In this document: one piece after another, positions 18,702-28,906 of the stretch
Position numbering within the stretch: position 1 is the stretch's first letter
Layout of the letters: every line of letters starts with the position of its first letter
Assembly (NCBI GenBank): GCA_040006915.1
Contig: JBDTWD010000004.1
Location: forward strand, 1,033-65,032
Reading direction: 5' to 3'
Length of the DNA: 64,000 nucleotides
Origin: Candidatus Woesebacteria bacterium
GTDB taxonomy: Bacteria; Patescibacteriota; Microgenomatia; UBA1400; UBA12028
Position numbers and translations under genes: made by a program
The notes under the pieces: model-generated
Databases searched by the model: none
What the model was told of the DNA's origin: nothing
Seen by the model: the letters and a program-made list of their open reading frames with translations, nothing else

Positions 18702-20135
18702 CTATAAAGATTTTAATACTTCAACAGTAATTCTTGATGGACACTGATACGTTGCAGATGGAGTCGCTTCCCCAAACAAAGTCAGCTCATTAAAGGAGCT
18801 TTTTCCAAATGTAAAACTCCCTTGATCGATGACCACTGCCATGCGGTTCGCAAATCCTGGATTAGAAGTGATATCTTTGGCATTGCACCCAGCTCGATTA
18901 AAGAAAAAGAGATGATCAGGAGCGAAATGATAGTCATGCCAAGCAGCATCAACAATATACATCGGCTCTTTTTCACTCGCACAAACAAGCACAGCACAGG
19001 TCTCCAAATCGCTGACACTACGACGAATAGGTCGAAGAAGTGTGGAATTCATAGAATCTTTTGAAAACCAAAATGGCAAACAGGATAAAATGAATAAGAA
19101 CAATAGTCTTTTAGGAAAGGTTGCAATCAAACATATCAGTAGGGTGAGCACACCATAGACATAATGTGAGTACAACACAAAGGGAGAGATCAAGGTCAAT
19201 AGCACTGTCGCTATGAGCAACAATAATAATTTCGCATAGATCCTATCTCGGTCCGATCGGATCTTTTTTAATTTTAGAGACAAACAGGTGATTGTCAAAA
19301 TAGCAAGCGGCCAGAGCAACTGCCGCACATCTCCTGCTCGACCCCAGAATACAAATAAAAACATTTCTTTCATTTTCAACCAAAGGTCCTGGCGAAAAGA
19401 AAACTGTCCTCCACGCTCTGAAAATAGACGATGAAATGAGAAGAAACCGTGTTTCATTTCTGAAACCAGTATCGGCAAAAAAACAATACATCCTGAAAAC
19501 ACGAGTGAACCACACAACAAAAGCCAATTTCTTTTAAAATGAATTAATCCGGCAACCGTCAATACGAGTGCTGTAGGAACAATAGAGTATGACATCCCCA
19601 GTGCGAATACTGTCCCTGCTGTGAAAGCGACAATTCGTCTTTTTACACCCCCTTCATTAAAGAATAATGCAAAAAGGCTGATCAATAAAAACGGTGTCAC
19701 AAAAGAAGGGTTCCAGGGATATCGATTTTGCTCTACAAATAAGGAATGAATACTAATGACAGTAAAGATAATCCAGATCATGCGAAGCGCAATCGGATTA
19801 TTTCTATACACGTACACACCAAGAAGATAGACAAAACAATAGAAGAGTAAGAGCGTTATGATACTGGTGTACGGGGAAAGTCCCAAGATAAGAAACACCG
19901 GATACATCAAATAGAAATACCAGGGACTTTGGTTTAAGGGCAAAAAACTCGTTGAGGGACCCAAGAGTGGTGGTTTCCCCGACTGTTGCCACAGTAATAG
20001 CATGTAATGATCTCTTCCTATATCGGAATAAAACTCCAGAGTTTGCGGAAGTCGATAAAGGCGCATGAATAAAAAAAGAAGTAAAATCCCAGCAGTAATG
20101 ATGACGAGACTAAGTCTATGGGAGATGAAGTTCAT
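18702..20135 (-). CDS. ArnT-like GT-C membrane protein
   Basis: FYSDIGRD, PLLGP and WNP motifs; multi-TM; start moved to ATG 20135. Confidence 0.78.
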   Translation of the reverse strand: MNFISHRLSLVIITAGILLLFLFMRLYRLPQTLEFYSDIGRDHYMLLLWQQSGKPPLLGPSTSFLPLNQSPWYFYLMYPVFLILGLSPYTSIITLLLFYCFVYLLGVYVYRNNPIALRMIWIIFTVISIHSLFVEQNRYPWNPSFVTPFLLISLFALFFNEGGVKRRIVAFTAGTVFALGMSYSIVPTALVLTVAGLIHFKRNWLLLCGSLVFSGCIVFLPILVSEMKHGFFSFHRLFSERGGQFSFRQDLWLKMKEMFLFVFWGRAGDVRQLLWPLAILTITCLSLKLKKIRSDRDRIYAKLLLLLIATVLLTLISPFVLYSHYVYGVLTLLICLIATFPKRLLFLFILSCLPFWFSKDSMNSTLLRPIRRSVSDLETCAVLVCASEKEPMYIVDAAWHDYHFAPDHLFFFNRAGCNAKDITSNPGFANRMAVVIDQGSFTFGKSSFNELTLFGEATPSATYQCPSRITVEVLKSL

Positions 20136-21759
20136 ACAAATTACAGAGTTCAAAACACCCATCCATCACTTGTGTAGCATGAAATTTATTTGATATTCTA
20201 TCGAAGTCTTCATGAAGGTATTGTTCATTCCCCAGTCCATATTTCATAAGATATACCTTTCTTCCTTGCGTTAAAAATTGAAGGTACACCATATCCAAAT
20301 TGTCAAAATCGTAGTCTCCCCAGGCTTTATGGAGTTGAGACCGAAATTCCTGTTTTTTATCCAGAGGTAAGAGAAGCGCTGGTTCTTTTGAATATGCGTC
20401 GACTAAATATGGAGGCAGTGATGTAATGACAATCGGCTTTTCTGCAGATTTAGACACATGACTGTGAAGATATTCAGATAGTAGATGCACAGAGATGTAA
20501 TACCAAGGCGTTTCTGCATACTTTAGATTCAATGCGATCTGAAACTTAATTGATCGGAATGAAAGCCCAAGATACAAAACGAGAAGAAGTCCAATACCTA
20601 TCGAAATCAACACCGATTTTTTGGGAAAAGTCGCATAGACCCAAGAAAAGAACAAACCAATTCCTAAAATCAAACTTGGGATAGCAATGAAAAAATATCT
20701 TGCATCGTAATCGTAAAAGATTGAGAGAAAAATGAGGGTGGCGGCGATCATCCCAATCAGAGAGACAGCTAGTATTCGCGTTTTTTTGCGAAGAAGACCT
20801 ACAACAAGTCCAATAATGGCGGGAATAGTTAAAAACTTCGGAAGAATCTGAATATTTTTCCAAAGAAGTTTTAGTGGATCACCAATCAGCCAATGCAGAT
20901 ACTGGGTAGTATTTCGTCCAACATAGACGAGTGAGAAAAAGCCTGAATCAGTAGTGTGACTTTCAGAAATTGATGATCTTCCTGAGGAGATAACGAGCAT
21001 CAAGACCTCTACGAGATTTCCTATTACGCTGTTGTTTTTGACAAAATATTCATAACAAATATAGAGAATTCCAGTAATAATCAAACTCACGATAAAACGC
21101 AGAAAATAGCGAAAGATGGGTAAAGATTTTCTTTCTCTTTTCTCGATCAAGAGTTTAGATATATAGAGCAGAGGAAAACAGATAGCCAATGGTAAGCTAG
21201 CATATTTGGTTGCGTAAAAAGACACAGCTATAATCCCCGCCAATACTGCTCGTCGGGGACGACTGGGAGAGATCATGAGGAGAATAGATTCTAAGAATAG
21301 TACGAGTAGTAAGTTCTCAGCCATCGCTAAGGTTGGGAACCAAATCAGTACTCCATGTGTAACGTAAAGGAAAAGTAATAAAATTTGAATTGATTTTTTT
21401 TCAAAAAACATTTTAATAATAACGCAGAAAAGACCGTATGCCCAGAGAGAGAGCATCACGTTTGCAAAATAAAACATTCGTACATCCTGCTTGAGTGCAA
21501 AAAAAGGAACCAAGACGAAAGAATAGAGTGGTGGAACTTCTGGTGCGATGGTTCTCCCCTCACGTTCAATAACAAAGCTATGCCCATGTAAAAAAGAAAG
21601 TGCCGGCACAACATAATGAAAGCTATCAGGATATGGTTCAAGATTGGGAATCAGAGTGCGTTGACTAAACGGATTACGCGCAAGGAGGAGAACGAATAGC
21701 ATCCCACACAGAACGAAATGAAAATGGACTTTGATAAAAAAAGAGATCTTGCTGCTCAC
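20116..21759 (-). CDS. GT-C-type membrane glycosyltransferase
   Basis: PDSFHY, PPLYS, AMAEN and DARY motifs; GTG 21759 preferred because TACACT lies 7 nt upstream (frame stays open to 21936). Confidence 0.75.
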   Translation of the reverse strand: MSSKISFFIKVHFHFVLCGMLFVLLLARNPFSQRTLIPNLEPYPDSFHYVVPALSFLHGHSFVIEREGRTIAPEVPPLYSFVLVPFFALKQDVRMFYFANVMLSLWAYGLFCVIIKMFFEKKSIQILLLFLYVTHGVLIWFPTLAMAENLLLVLFLESILLMISPSRPRRAVLAGIIAVSFYATKYASLPLAICFPLLYISKLLIEKRERKSLPIFRYFLRFIVSLIITGILYICYEYFVKNNSVIGNLVEVLMLVISSGRSSISESHTTDSGFFSLVYVGRNTTQYLHWLIGDPLKLLWKNIQILPKFLTIPAIIGLVVGLLRKKTRILAVSLIGMIAATLIFLSIFYDYDARYFFIAIPSLILGIGLFFSWVYATFPKKSVLISIGIGLLLVLYLGLSFRSIKFQIALNLKYAETPWYYISVHLLSEYLHSHVSKSAEKPIVITSLPPYLVDAYSKEPALLLPLDKKQEFRSQLHKAWGDYDFDNLDMVYLQFLTQGRKVYLMKYGLGNEQYLHEDFDRISNKFHATQVMDGCFELCNLYELHLP

Positions 21760-21932
21760 ACAATGTAGTGTATCCCACAAATGAAACCTATGAAACAGTA
21801 CATTACTACTCGCCATAAATAAAAAATCTTTCCGAAAGCATACCAAAGACGTAGTAAGTAACCCTGAGTGGAATAAAATTGAATGGTACCATTGACTGTT
21901 TTTCGAAGGGGCAAAATAAAGCAAGGTATCTT

Positions 21933-23462
21933 TCAAGAAATGTACTTCTCGAATCTTTTTTTAAATTCACTACGATCGAAATACTTTGCTCGTCTGATAG
22001 CCTGTTCACTCATACTGGAAAGAAGCTGTGGGTCCTGAGTCAGTTCGTATGTTTGAGCAATGAGTTGCTCGCGGTTTTTCCAAAGGTAGCCACTCCCAAC
22101 AATGACAATTTCTTTTTGTCCTCCGGCTTTAATTACCACAGGGACACATCCGGATGCCATAGCTTCAACAGTTGTAATACCAAAATGCTCAAATAAAATT
22201 GGAGATTTATTTTCATTTTCATCTAAACCTGTCGCATGCCAATAGATCTTTCCTTCCGAAAGGATCTGTTGTAATTGGGAAAATGGAACATCAGTATGAA
22301 AAAACACAAGATATCCTGTCGCATAATACTTACACTGTTCAAAATACTCTAGATGCTGCTCTCCATCAGCAACACTGCCAACGAAATGAAGCTCCCATCC
22401 TTTAAGCCCTTTTTCGTCAACCAGTTTTCGAAACACTTTAATCAAATCTAATTGTTTTTTGTTGTGACCTGTGACAAAGAAGCGCCCCACATGTAGAATC
22501 CAATTTTTCTTTCTGGTAGCTGCCTTGAAATTCTTCACGTTTACTGGTGGATACAAAACTTCAGCAGTTAAGCCCCAATATTTTTTGATCCATGCTTTAC
22601 TATAGTCCGAAATGGTCAAAATCCTTTGGTAAGAAGTCAGATCCGAGAGTTTTGTTACCCCTGGTCCACCGTGCAGTCTCATTTCCCATTTGGGGAAATA
22701 ACGCTTAAAGATGTTGTAGAGTACATAGCGAATACTTTTTATTGTTAGTCGAACGAGGGCTACATCACGTGAGTATTCAGACTCCGGCAAAACGATAGTG
22801 AATCGTTTATTCGCAGAATTTGGAATCTCAAACCAATATTCAACAATATTGTCTACGTCGTAGATGTGTTTACGACGGGGAGTAACTTTTTTTCCTTCCA
22901 ATTCAAAAGTAATTTGATCCACAAGTGAGATTGCCAGTGTTCGGCAAAAGAGTTCTATTGAAAATGATCCAACATTTTTGTTGAAAATAATACTAGAGCG
23001 CTTTCCTAGCCACTTATAGATACGCTTGTGCATGTATTCATCAAACCGAAATCCTTCGAACAGAGAGGGATAAATAAAGAAATGAGAGAACGAAGGCAGA
23101 ACAATTGTTCGCTTAATGTATTCATATGGAGTGAGAAAAATTTGACTGGGGAAAAATATAGACAAAATCCCTCTTTTACTGCGATTGGGAAAATAATCCA
23201 AATAGGATGTATTAATAAACACGTCATATCTTTCTGTGTATTCTGATAATTCTTGAGAAGACATCATCGGAAGAACGATTATTTCGACTTCATCAAGATT
23301 CACTCCCATCTTTCCTTCTGCCTTGGCTCTATCAATTTCTGAATGCGTGAGCATCACTGTTTGAAACCCCAAATCACGTAGGCCTTCTGCATACGCAAAC
23401 GCCACTTGCTCTCCCCCTCCAAGAGTGGCTAACCAACGATCATAAACTGCCGCTGTTTTCAT
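21933..23462 (-). CDS. Glycosyltransferase family 4 with an internal inserted domain
   Basis: LGGGE, LYPPV, VGRFF and EHFGITTVEAMASG motifs; about 140 aa longer than its paralog at 60990. Confidence 0.9.
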   Translation of the reverse strand: MKTAAVYDRWLATLGGGEQVAFAYAEGLRDLGFQTVMLTHSEIDRAKAEGKMGVNLDEVEIIVLPMMSSQELSEYTERYDVFINTSYLDYFPNRSKRGILSIFFPSQIFLTPYEYIKRTIVLPSFSHFFIYPSLFEGFRFDEYMHKRIYKWLGKRSSIIFNKNVGSFSIELFCRTLAISLVDQITFELEGKKVTPRRKHIYDVDNIVEYWFEIPNSANKRFTIVLPESEYSRDVALVRLTIKSIRYVLYNIFKRYFPKWEMRLHGGPGVTKLSDLTSYQRILTISDYSKAWIKKYWGLTAEVLYPPVNVKNFKAATRKKNWILHVGRFFVTGHNKKQLDLIKVFRKLVDEKGLKGWELHFVGSVADGEQHLEYFEQCKYYATGYLVFFHTDVPFSQLQQILSEGKIYWHATGLDENENKSPILFEHFGITTVEAMASGCVPVVIKAGGQKEIVIVGSGYLWKNREQLIAQTYELTQDPQLLSSMSEQAIRRAKYFDRSEFKKRFEKYIS

Positions 23463-23465
23463 AGG

Positions 23466-24890
23466 TTAGTACAACATTTTATTTAAATTTTCTGTATCCA
23501 TTGGCCAGTATCGCTCCATATCGTTTCGAGCTTGCCACAGACGTGGAAACGATTTTAAAATGTAGAAGACCGCAGCTTTCCTTCCCTCATACTTTTGTCG
23601 CCAAATGCGAGCCCTTACCTCATTATCTTTAAATTGAAACACAAAACATTTTAAGGTCGTAATCGTAACACGTAGAACAAATAAGAATAACTGGGAAAGA
23701 ACAGTCCAGAATGGAAAATGTACAATCACAAATGCCAAATGATTACGCTCAACTAAGTTCAAGAAAAATGCAGATTCCTGTGATCCCGTTGTTGCACGGT
23801 GTTTGTGATATCCAATAGAATTTGGGTCGTAAATGATTTTCCAACCAGCTCTCCAGGCACGCAGACTAAATTCCACATCCTCGTAGTACATAAAATAGTT
23901 ACCGTCTAAAAAGCCAACATGATCGATCACTTCACGTTTAATGAGCATGCTGGCTCCGCAGGCAGCTAAAAGCTCAGACCGTTTAGAAAAATATTCAGAC
24001 TCTTCTTCGTAAAACTCCAAACGTTCATTGTCTCTCATTAAAATGACATTTCCTCTATCTTTCCCATATCCATTCGACAAAATACTGTTTCCTGCATTTT
24101 GGATTAACCAGATCAAATTATTTTTTACTTGACCTTCTTTAATCGAAAGAGTCACCTGAGTTGCTTCATGTGAATGAAGTTGAATTTCTTGGATTTTTTC
24201 CCCGTTTATAGTAAGAGTCACAGGTAAAGTCAGAGCTTCTTTCGACTCTAATCCATGGAGAGTCAGAATATATATGTTCGATGACTTTCCCGGATCAAAA
24301 GGAAGAAGGACTGTGGACTTCCCACTCGTCCTGCGGGTACATATACCGCCGTCTTTTTTGTCATAAAACCCACTTTTGTAATACACCAGACTTCCTAGAG
24401 TCGAAGGGGCACACAAGATATCTTCAATTAATGCACCGATTGGAGAATGATCAATTGTATGGAATACTTTTGATCGAGGGACGGCGGCTGAATTTATTCC
24501 AAGTTCAATAAAAGGTAACGCAAATCGAAGCTTTGAACTGACGATTCCAACCTTTTCATCTGCTGCAGTTTTTGCCAACGACGTCAACCATTCGGGATCG
24601 ACTCTCACATCAGAGTTTAATAGGACAATATAGTCACCTTTTGCCTGTGAATAACCCAAGATATTCCCTCCAGTAAACCCGCTATTCTCTTTGCTATACA
24701 CAACTTTTACTTTAGGAAATTTTTTTAAGACAAACGGTACAGAATCATCCGAAGAATTATTATCAACTAAAATAATTTCAAAGGCGCGAGATGGATAGTT
24801 TAGGGACAAAAGAGCTGTTAAACACTCATCCAGTAAATGTCTCCCATTGAAGTTAACTATAATAATAGAGACGAAGGGATGGCTTTTCAT
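23466..24890 (-). CDS. Glycosyltransferase family 2 with an internal inserted domain
   Basis: IIVNFNG, LLNSD, IQNAG and FMYYEDVE motifs; about 137 aa insert between SSKL and IQNAG. Confidence 0.9.
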   Translation of the reverse strand: MKSHPFVSIIIVNFNGRHLLDECLTALLSLNYPSRAFEIILVDNNSSDDSVPFVLKKFPKVKVVYSKENSGFTGGNILGYSQAKGDYIVLLNSDVRVDPEWLTSLAKTAADEKVGIVSSKLRFALPFIELGINSAAVPRSKVFHTIDHSPIGALIEDILCAPSTLGSLVYYKSGFYDKKDGGICTRRTSGKSTVLLPFDPGKSSNIYILTLHGLESKEALTLPVTLTINGEKIQEIQLHSHEATQVTLSIKEGQVKNNLIWLIQNAGNSILSNGYGKDRGNVILMRDNERLEFYEEESEYFSKRSELLAACGASMLIKREVIDHVGFLDGNYFMYYEDVEFSLRAWRAGWKIIYDPNSIGYHKHRATTGSQESAFFLNLVERNHLAFVIVHFPFWTVLSQLFLFVLRVTITTLKCFVFQFKDNEVRARIWRQKYEGRKAAVFYILKSFPRLWQARNDMERYWPMDTENLNKMLY

Positions 24891-26608
24891 TGTGAAACCT
24901 CTGCAATAACAAATGCATCGGTGTCAGCAAGAATCTTAACTTTTGGATTCCCCTGAAAGAATTTTTCTACGATTAATACTTTCTCAGAAAATAAATCATG
25001 CTTGTTTAGTTTAATGAACCTCACTTGTTTTTCATCGATTAACTTCCAAAATTGTGCTGACTGAGTACTATTCACACTCGTGGTCAACTCACTTTCGTAA
25101 CGCACATAATCCTTGGGAACATATCCCATATAACCATTGACCAGGGTACAGTGATGCCGTAGTGAAGCGAGCATTGCTTGAGTTCGATACGTTAAATTCG
25201 TAACAACATTGATGTCCTTGGTGTTCTGCGTCATCGGATACTCCAAAAGTACTTGGGTGTTTTTAGTACAGATTGGTTCGATTTGGGAATAGACATCATG
25301 GTAGTATGCTTTTGCTTCCGTGCTCTTTGTAATTGGCATAACCTCTAAAGCAACCACAAAGCAGAAAAGTGCAACTATGAATGTTTTTGAAAGAAAGTTA
25401 AATTTCCTCATTCCTTTGAGTGCAAAATAAATTAGGGCGATGAGAACATAGAGATACCATCGACTATTCACTCGGATAGGATCGAGAAGGGGGATAAGCT
25501 TTAATGGGATGAGGTATGGTAATGGAACTATTGCATACGTACCGTTTACATTTAGTCTCGGACCCAGCGAAGCAAAAAATCCTCCAATGAGAAGGAGGAA
25601 GAAAAATATATCTTCTCGTTTCAGCATAATTGAGATGGACACGATTGTTTTTATTTTCTTTATCGAAAATAATCCAATGAGAAACAACCCCGAGATAAGG
25701 AAGCCAGGAAAGAGAGATCCTGCATGGTTAAATGAGTTCCATTTAGATATTGGCCATAGATTGGAAATAATGCTTTGGTAGTTTGTTGAGAAGACATAAT
25801 CGGTTAAGTGGGCTGAATAGTATATATATTCCCAAAACTCCCGATTAATTTGATACATTTTTTTAATCTCAATATACTTAAATGCAAAGAATCCTGCGAT
25901 CAGAGTGAACGTTACAAGGACTATGAATAGTTGCCTGACGATAGATAAAAGAGATTCTTTGTTCTTTTTATTCCAAAAGAACTCTAATCCATACCAGAGG
26001 AAAATTGCACAAAGCAAAAAAATCGCCAAATAGACCCCAGCTAAAAACTGAATCCCTGCCCATATTCCTAAGCATACTAAATCCTTCGTCGTTTTTTGAT
26101 TCTTAACTAAGTATCCGAAGCCAAAAAAGAATGGCCAAAATCCTAAGAATTGGAAATGAACACTGTTCTGAAACAAAAACCCACTCACGCAAGTTGCAAA
26201 AACAGCGAGAAACACCTGCTCGTTTTTATCAATTATTTGTCTCCAGAAAAAATATGTGGAGGTGACATTAAGCAAAAGAGTGATGAAAAAAACGATATTA
26301 AAGACGAGAATAGGATTAGAAATAAAAAACGAGAAAGGGAGAGCAATAATACTCTGAGGGAGCAGGAGATCCGAAAATAAGAGCGTCCCTTGGTAAGGGT
26401 AAAAAATATTTGTGTTGAAAAAATGATGGAATGAAAGTGATTTTAAGTGTCCAACATTCTGATATACGGTCCATACATAGAACGGATAGTCGTTCCAATC
26501 AGGAAGATGTGTTCCCATACTGAAAATAAGTGAGCGGAATGAAAAGGAAATGACCAGAAACGTTATGATCACCGTAAAGAGTGCGAACAAAAAAGAGCGA
26601 CGTTGCAT
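24887..26608 (-). CDS. GT-C-like multi-pass membrane protein
   Basis: NTNIFYPY..TLLFSD, LFPG, SLGP, IRV.SRW and LVNGY motifs; start moved to ATG 26608. Confidence 0.72.
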   Translation of the reverse strand: MQRRSFLFALFTVIITFLVISFSFRSLIFSMGTHLPDWNDYPFYVWTVYQNVGHLKSLSFHHFFNTNIFYPYQGTLLFSDLLLPQSIIALPFSFFISNPILVFNIVFFITLLLNVTSTYFFWRQIIDKNEQVFLAVFATCVSGFLFQNSVHFQFLGFWPFFFGFGYLVKNQKTTKDLVCLGIWAGIQFLAGVYLAIFLLCAIFLWYGLEFFWNKKNKESLLSIVRQLFIVLVTFTLIAGFFAFKYIEIKKMYQINREFWEYIYYSAHLTDYVFSTNYQSIISNLWPISKWNSFNHAGSLFPGFLISGLFLIGLFSIKKIKTIVSISIMLKREDIFFFLLLIGGFFASLGPRLNVNGTYAIVPLPYLIPLKLIPLLDPIRVNSRWYLYVLIALIYFALKGMRKFNFLSKTFIVALFCFVVALEVMPITKSTEAKAYYHDVYSQIEPICTKNTQVLLEYPMTQNTKDINVVTNLTYRTQAMLASLRHHCTLVNGYMGYVPKDYVRYESELTTSVNSTQSAQFWKLIDEKQVRFIKLNKHDLFSEKVLIVEKFFQGNPKVKILADTDAFVIAEVSQ

Positions 26609-26622
26609 ACGCAAGCAGTATA
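26606..26622 (-). repeat. 17-bp direct repeat copy 1 (-10 box, GCTTGCGT, ATG)
   Basis: Plus strand catacgcaagcagtata; 16/17 identical to 46660-46676. Confidence 0.6.
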
Positions 26623-26704
26623 TGACAAGAATGTTGCCTTTTAAAGGCGCATCCAGTATTCTATGCGTATCATCCACATTTTTAGATAAGAATGCCTTAA
26701 AAAG

Positions 26705-28819
26705 GTGGTCAAAAGGAGCGACGTGAAGCGATTCTTATTATTGTATTTCCTATTTTGTTTTAGCTTCTTCTCCTTTTTTGCTTCCGGGGCAATTGATTCT
26801 CAAGATGGATTCCAATATCTTGCAGTCGCTCGTAACATCTATTATCTTCATGAACCGACTGCTCCACCCTATGAATACAATGAGAATAAAAATATTCACA
26901 TGAATATTAGTCAGGGGAAAGATGGAAAATGGTACTCAATCACTGGATTGGGATATACACTAGCAATGATTCCTGCAGTTGCCCTTTCTGATGTTCTTCA
27001 CCAGAAATTTGATTCTGCGCCTCCTATACACTTTCCTTTACAGTCTGATTTTAGTCTTCTTCTCTTTGCGAGTTTTACCAATATCTTCTTTGCCTCAATT
27101 TTAATTGTCATTTTATTTGCGTATCTTCTTGACCTAGGAGTGGAAAAAAAACAAGCATTCGTTTGGAGTTTTTTAGCAGTTGCCGCTACGAACTTATTTG
27201 CGTATGCCAAAAATAGTTTTGCACACATGATGTTCATTACGTTTTTGGTCTGGACTTTTTACCTGGTTCGCTGGTTTGCAAAGACTCGCTTTCGGCCTTA
27301 CTTAATTGTCGCCGGCCTTACGTATGGAATCGTAATGATTTCGTACAACCCAACGTTTATACTTCCAGTTCCAGCCTTAGTTGTATATTACTTTTTATCA
27401 ACCAAACATACCATTTCATGGGCATCACTTAAGGCCGTGTTTTTCGATACAATTGCTGTTCTTCTTGGCTTTCTTCCATTTGTTTGGCTCTACCTTTGGT
27501 ACAATTCAATTCGCCTTGGGAACCCCTTGGACTCAGGCTACGGAATCCCCCATGCAAAAGATGCATTCGGAAGCCTGAAGGTGCTCTATGAGGGGGTATG
27601 GGGACAATTATTTAGTCCAGGAAGAAGTTTCTTCCTCTATTCCCCATTAATGGTCTTGCCAATTATTTTTTGGCATAAACTTCCTTTTAAAAAATATTTT
27701 TCAGAATTTTGTTCATTTAGTGTACTTGTTATCACTTTTATCTACGTTAATGGTATTCAGAAAACTGGAGAAAATTGGTATACATGGGGAGGTGAATCTA
27801 GCTGGGGGCCGCGATACATTGCAGTGCTTATTCCATTTGGCATTATTCTCTGCGCTTTACTCTATCCTATTCTCTCGCGTCTAAATAAAATTTTTATCCT
27901 GACTCCACTATTGATCGCAAGCTTTTGGGTGCAGGCACTGGGAGTTTTCCTCCCTTATCAAATAAAGTTTGGTTCCCTTCAACCAAAGCTCTGGATAAAT
28001 GACTTAGAGTATTCAGTTGCCGATTATGGAAATTTTATTCCGAGATTTTCTCCGCTTCTTCTCATGAGCCGGAAACTTCCACTGAGGGTTCTAGAATTCC
28101 CCAAGACAGTAGATCACGGAATCTATAACGTTCGATTTTTAGAGGGATTTGATTTTCCTTTTTTTATAGGAAATCACGTTCCTTGGAGAGGAATGTCACC
28201 CATTTCGTATGCAAGAATTGATAACCTTCCTACTAAACCAGTACAATCGCTCGACTTTGAATTCAGTAACACTAGACTCGATGCTTCATCGTCGGCTGAT
28301 ATTCAAGTTGCGGTTTTCTTGGGAGATAACAGTATTGGAAAAACGATTATACCGCTTGAGAAGTGGGGAAATATTCATGCAACTTTACCTAAAAATACCG
28401 AATACAAACAACTTGATTTCAGATTCGAGCAAAGTCTTATTGGGACATCCTCAGCCAAACAAGTGCTTTTCTTAAAAGAAATGTCAGTAAATGGCACATC
28501 TGTAAACTTAGGAACTTTGGATTTCCCACTTCGAGAGAAATTGGCTGGAAAAATGTCTGGTGTCTCGTATGTATTGCCAGATCCTAGTGTGGAAGATCCT
28601 TGGTTTTTATGGAGACAAAACAGCGCCATCTACGAAACCACTTTTGATATTTGGTGGATCAGAGCGCTGTATTATTTTGACTACCCTAAGAAGCTACTGG
28701 TCTTGTTACCTCTATTTTTAGGGGGTGTTTTCGTTTCAGCCTTAGGTATGTGGAAGATAAATTCTCAGCCAATTATGAGCAAGAATCGAACTGCAAAGAA
28801 ACGTCGATATACGAGATAA
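26705..28819 (+). CDS. GT-C-like membrane protein with a C-terminal beta-rich domain
   Basis: DSQDG first-loop acids, FSPGRSFFLYSP and WGGESSWGPRY motifs; multi-TM; exact start uncertain. Confidence 0.78.
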   Translation: MVKRSDVKRFLLLYFLFCFSFFSFFASGAIDSQDGFQYLAVARNIYYLHEPTAPPYEYNENKNIHMNISQGKDGKWYSITGLGYTLAMIPAVALSDVLHQKFDSAPPIHFPLQSDFSLLLFASFTNIFFASILIVILFAYLLDLGVEKKQAFVWSFLAVAATNLFAYAKNSFAHMMFITFLVWTFYLVRWFAKTRFRPYLIVAGLTYGIVMISYNPTFILPVPALVVYYFLSTKHTISWASLKAVFFDTIAVLLGFLPFVWLYLWYNSIRLGNPLDSGYGIPHAKDAFGSLKVLYEGVWGQLFSPGRSFFLYSPLMVLPIIFWHKLPFKKYFSEFCSFSVLVITFIYVNGIQKTGENWYTWGGESSWGPRYIAVLIPFGIILCALLYPILSRLNKIFILTPLLIASFWVQALGVFLPYQIKFGSLQPKLWINDLEYSVADYGNFIPRFSPLLLMSRKLPLRVLEFPKTVDHGIYNVRFLEGFDFPFFIGNHVPWRGMSPISYARIDNLPTKPVQSLDFEFSNTRLDASSSADIQVAVFLGDNSIGKTIIPLEKWGNIHATLPKNTEYKQLDFRFEQSLIGTSSAKQVLFLKEMSVNGTSVNLGTLDFPLREKLAGKMSGVSYVLPDPSVEDPWFLWRQNSAIYETTFDIWWIRALYYFDYPKKLLVLLPLFLGGVFVSALGMWKINSQPIMSKNRTAKKRRYTR

Positions 28820-28906
28820 GTTCTGTTTGTAGATCGTAGTACATTTATTTTGATACTACGAACCTAATGGATGTTTTTTTTCATTATCGGTATACTATCA
28901 ACAAAG

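Noticed and set aside
21760-21936. 59-codon open extension upstream of the GT-C gene, or a possible ncRNA in this gap
   Set aside because: No recognisable motif or stable structure; a -10 box supports the GTG at 21759
23046-23081. FFIYPSLFEGF in the GT4 N-terminal half mimics the GT4 catalytic signature
   Set aside because: It lacks the following G-x-P-x-x-E, the true motif is present near the C-terminus, and it is better explained as the start of the inserted domain
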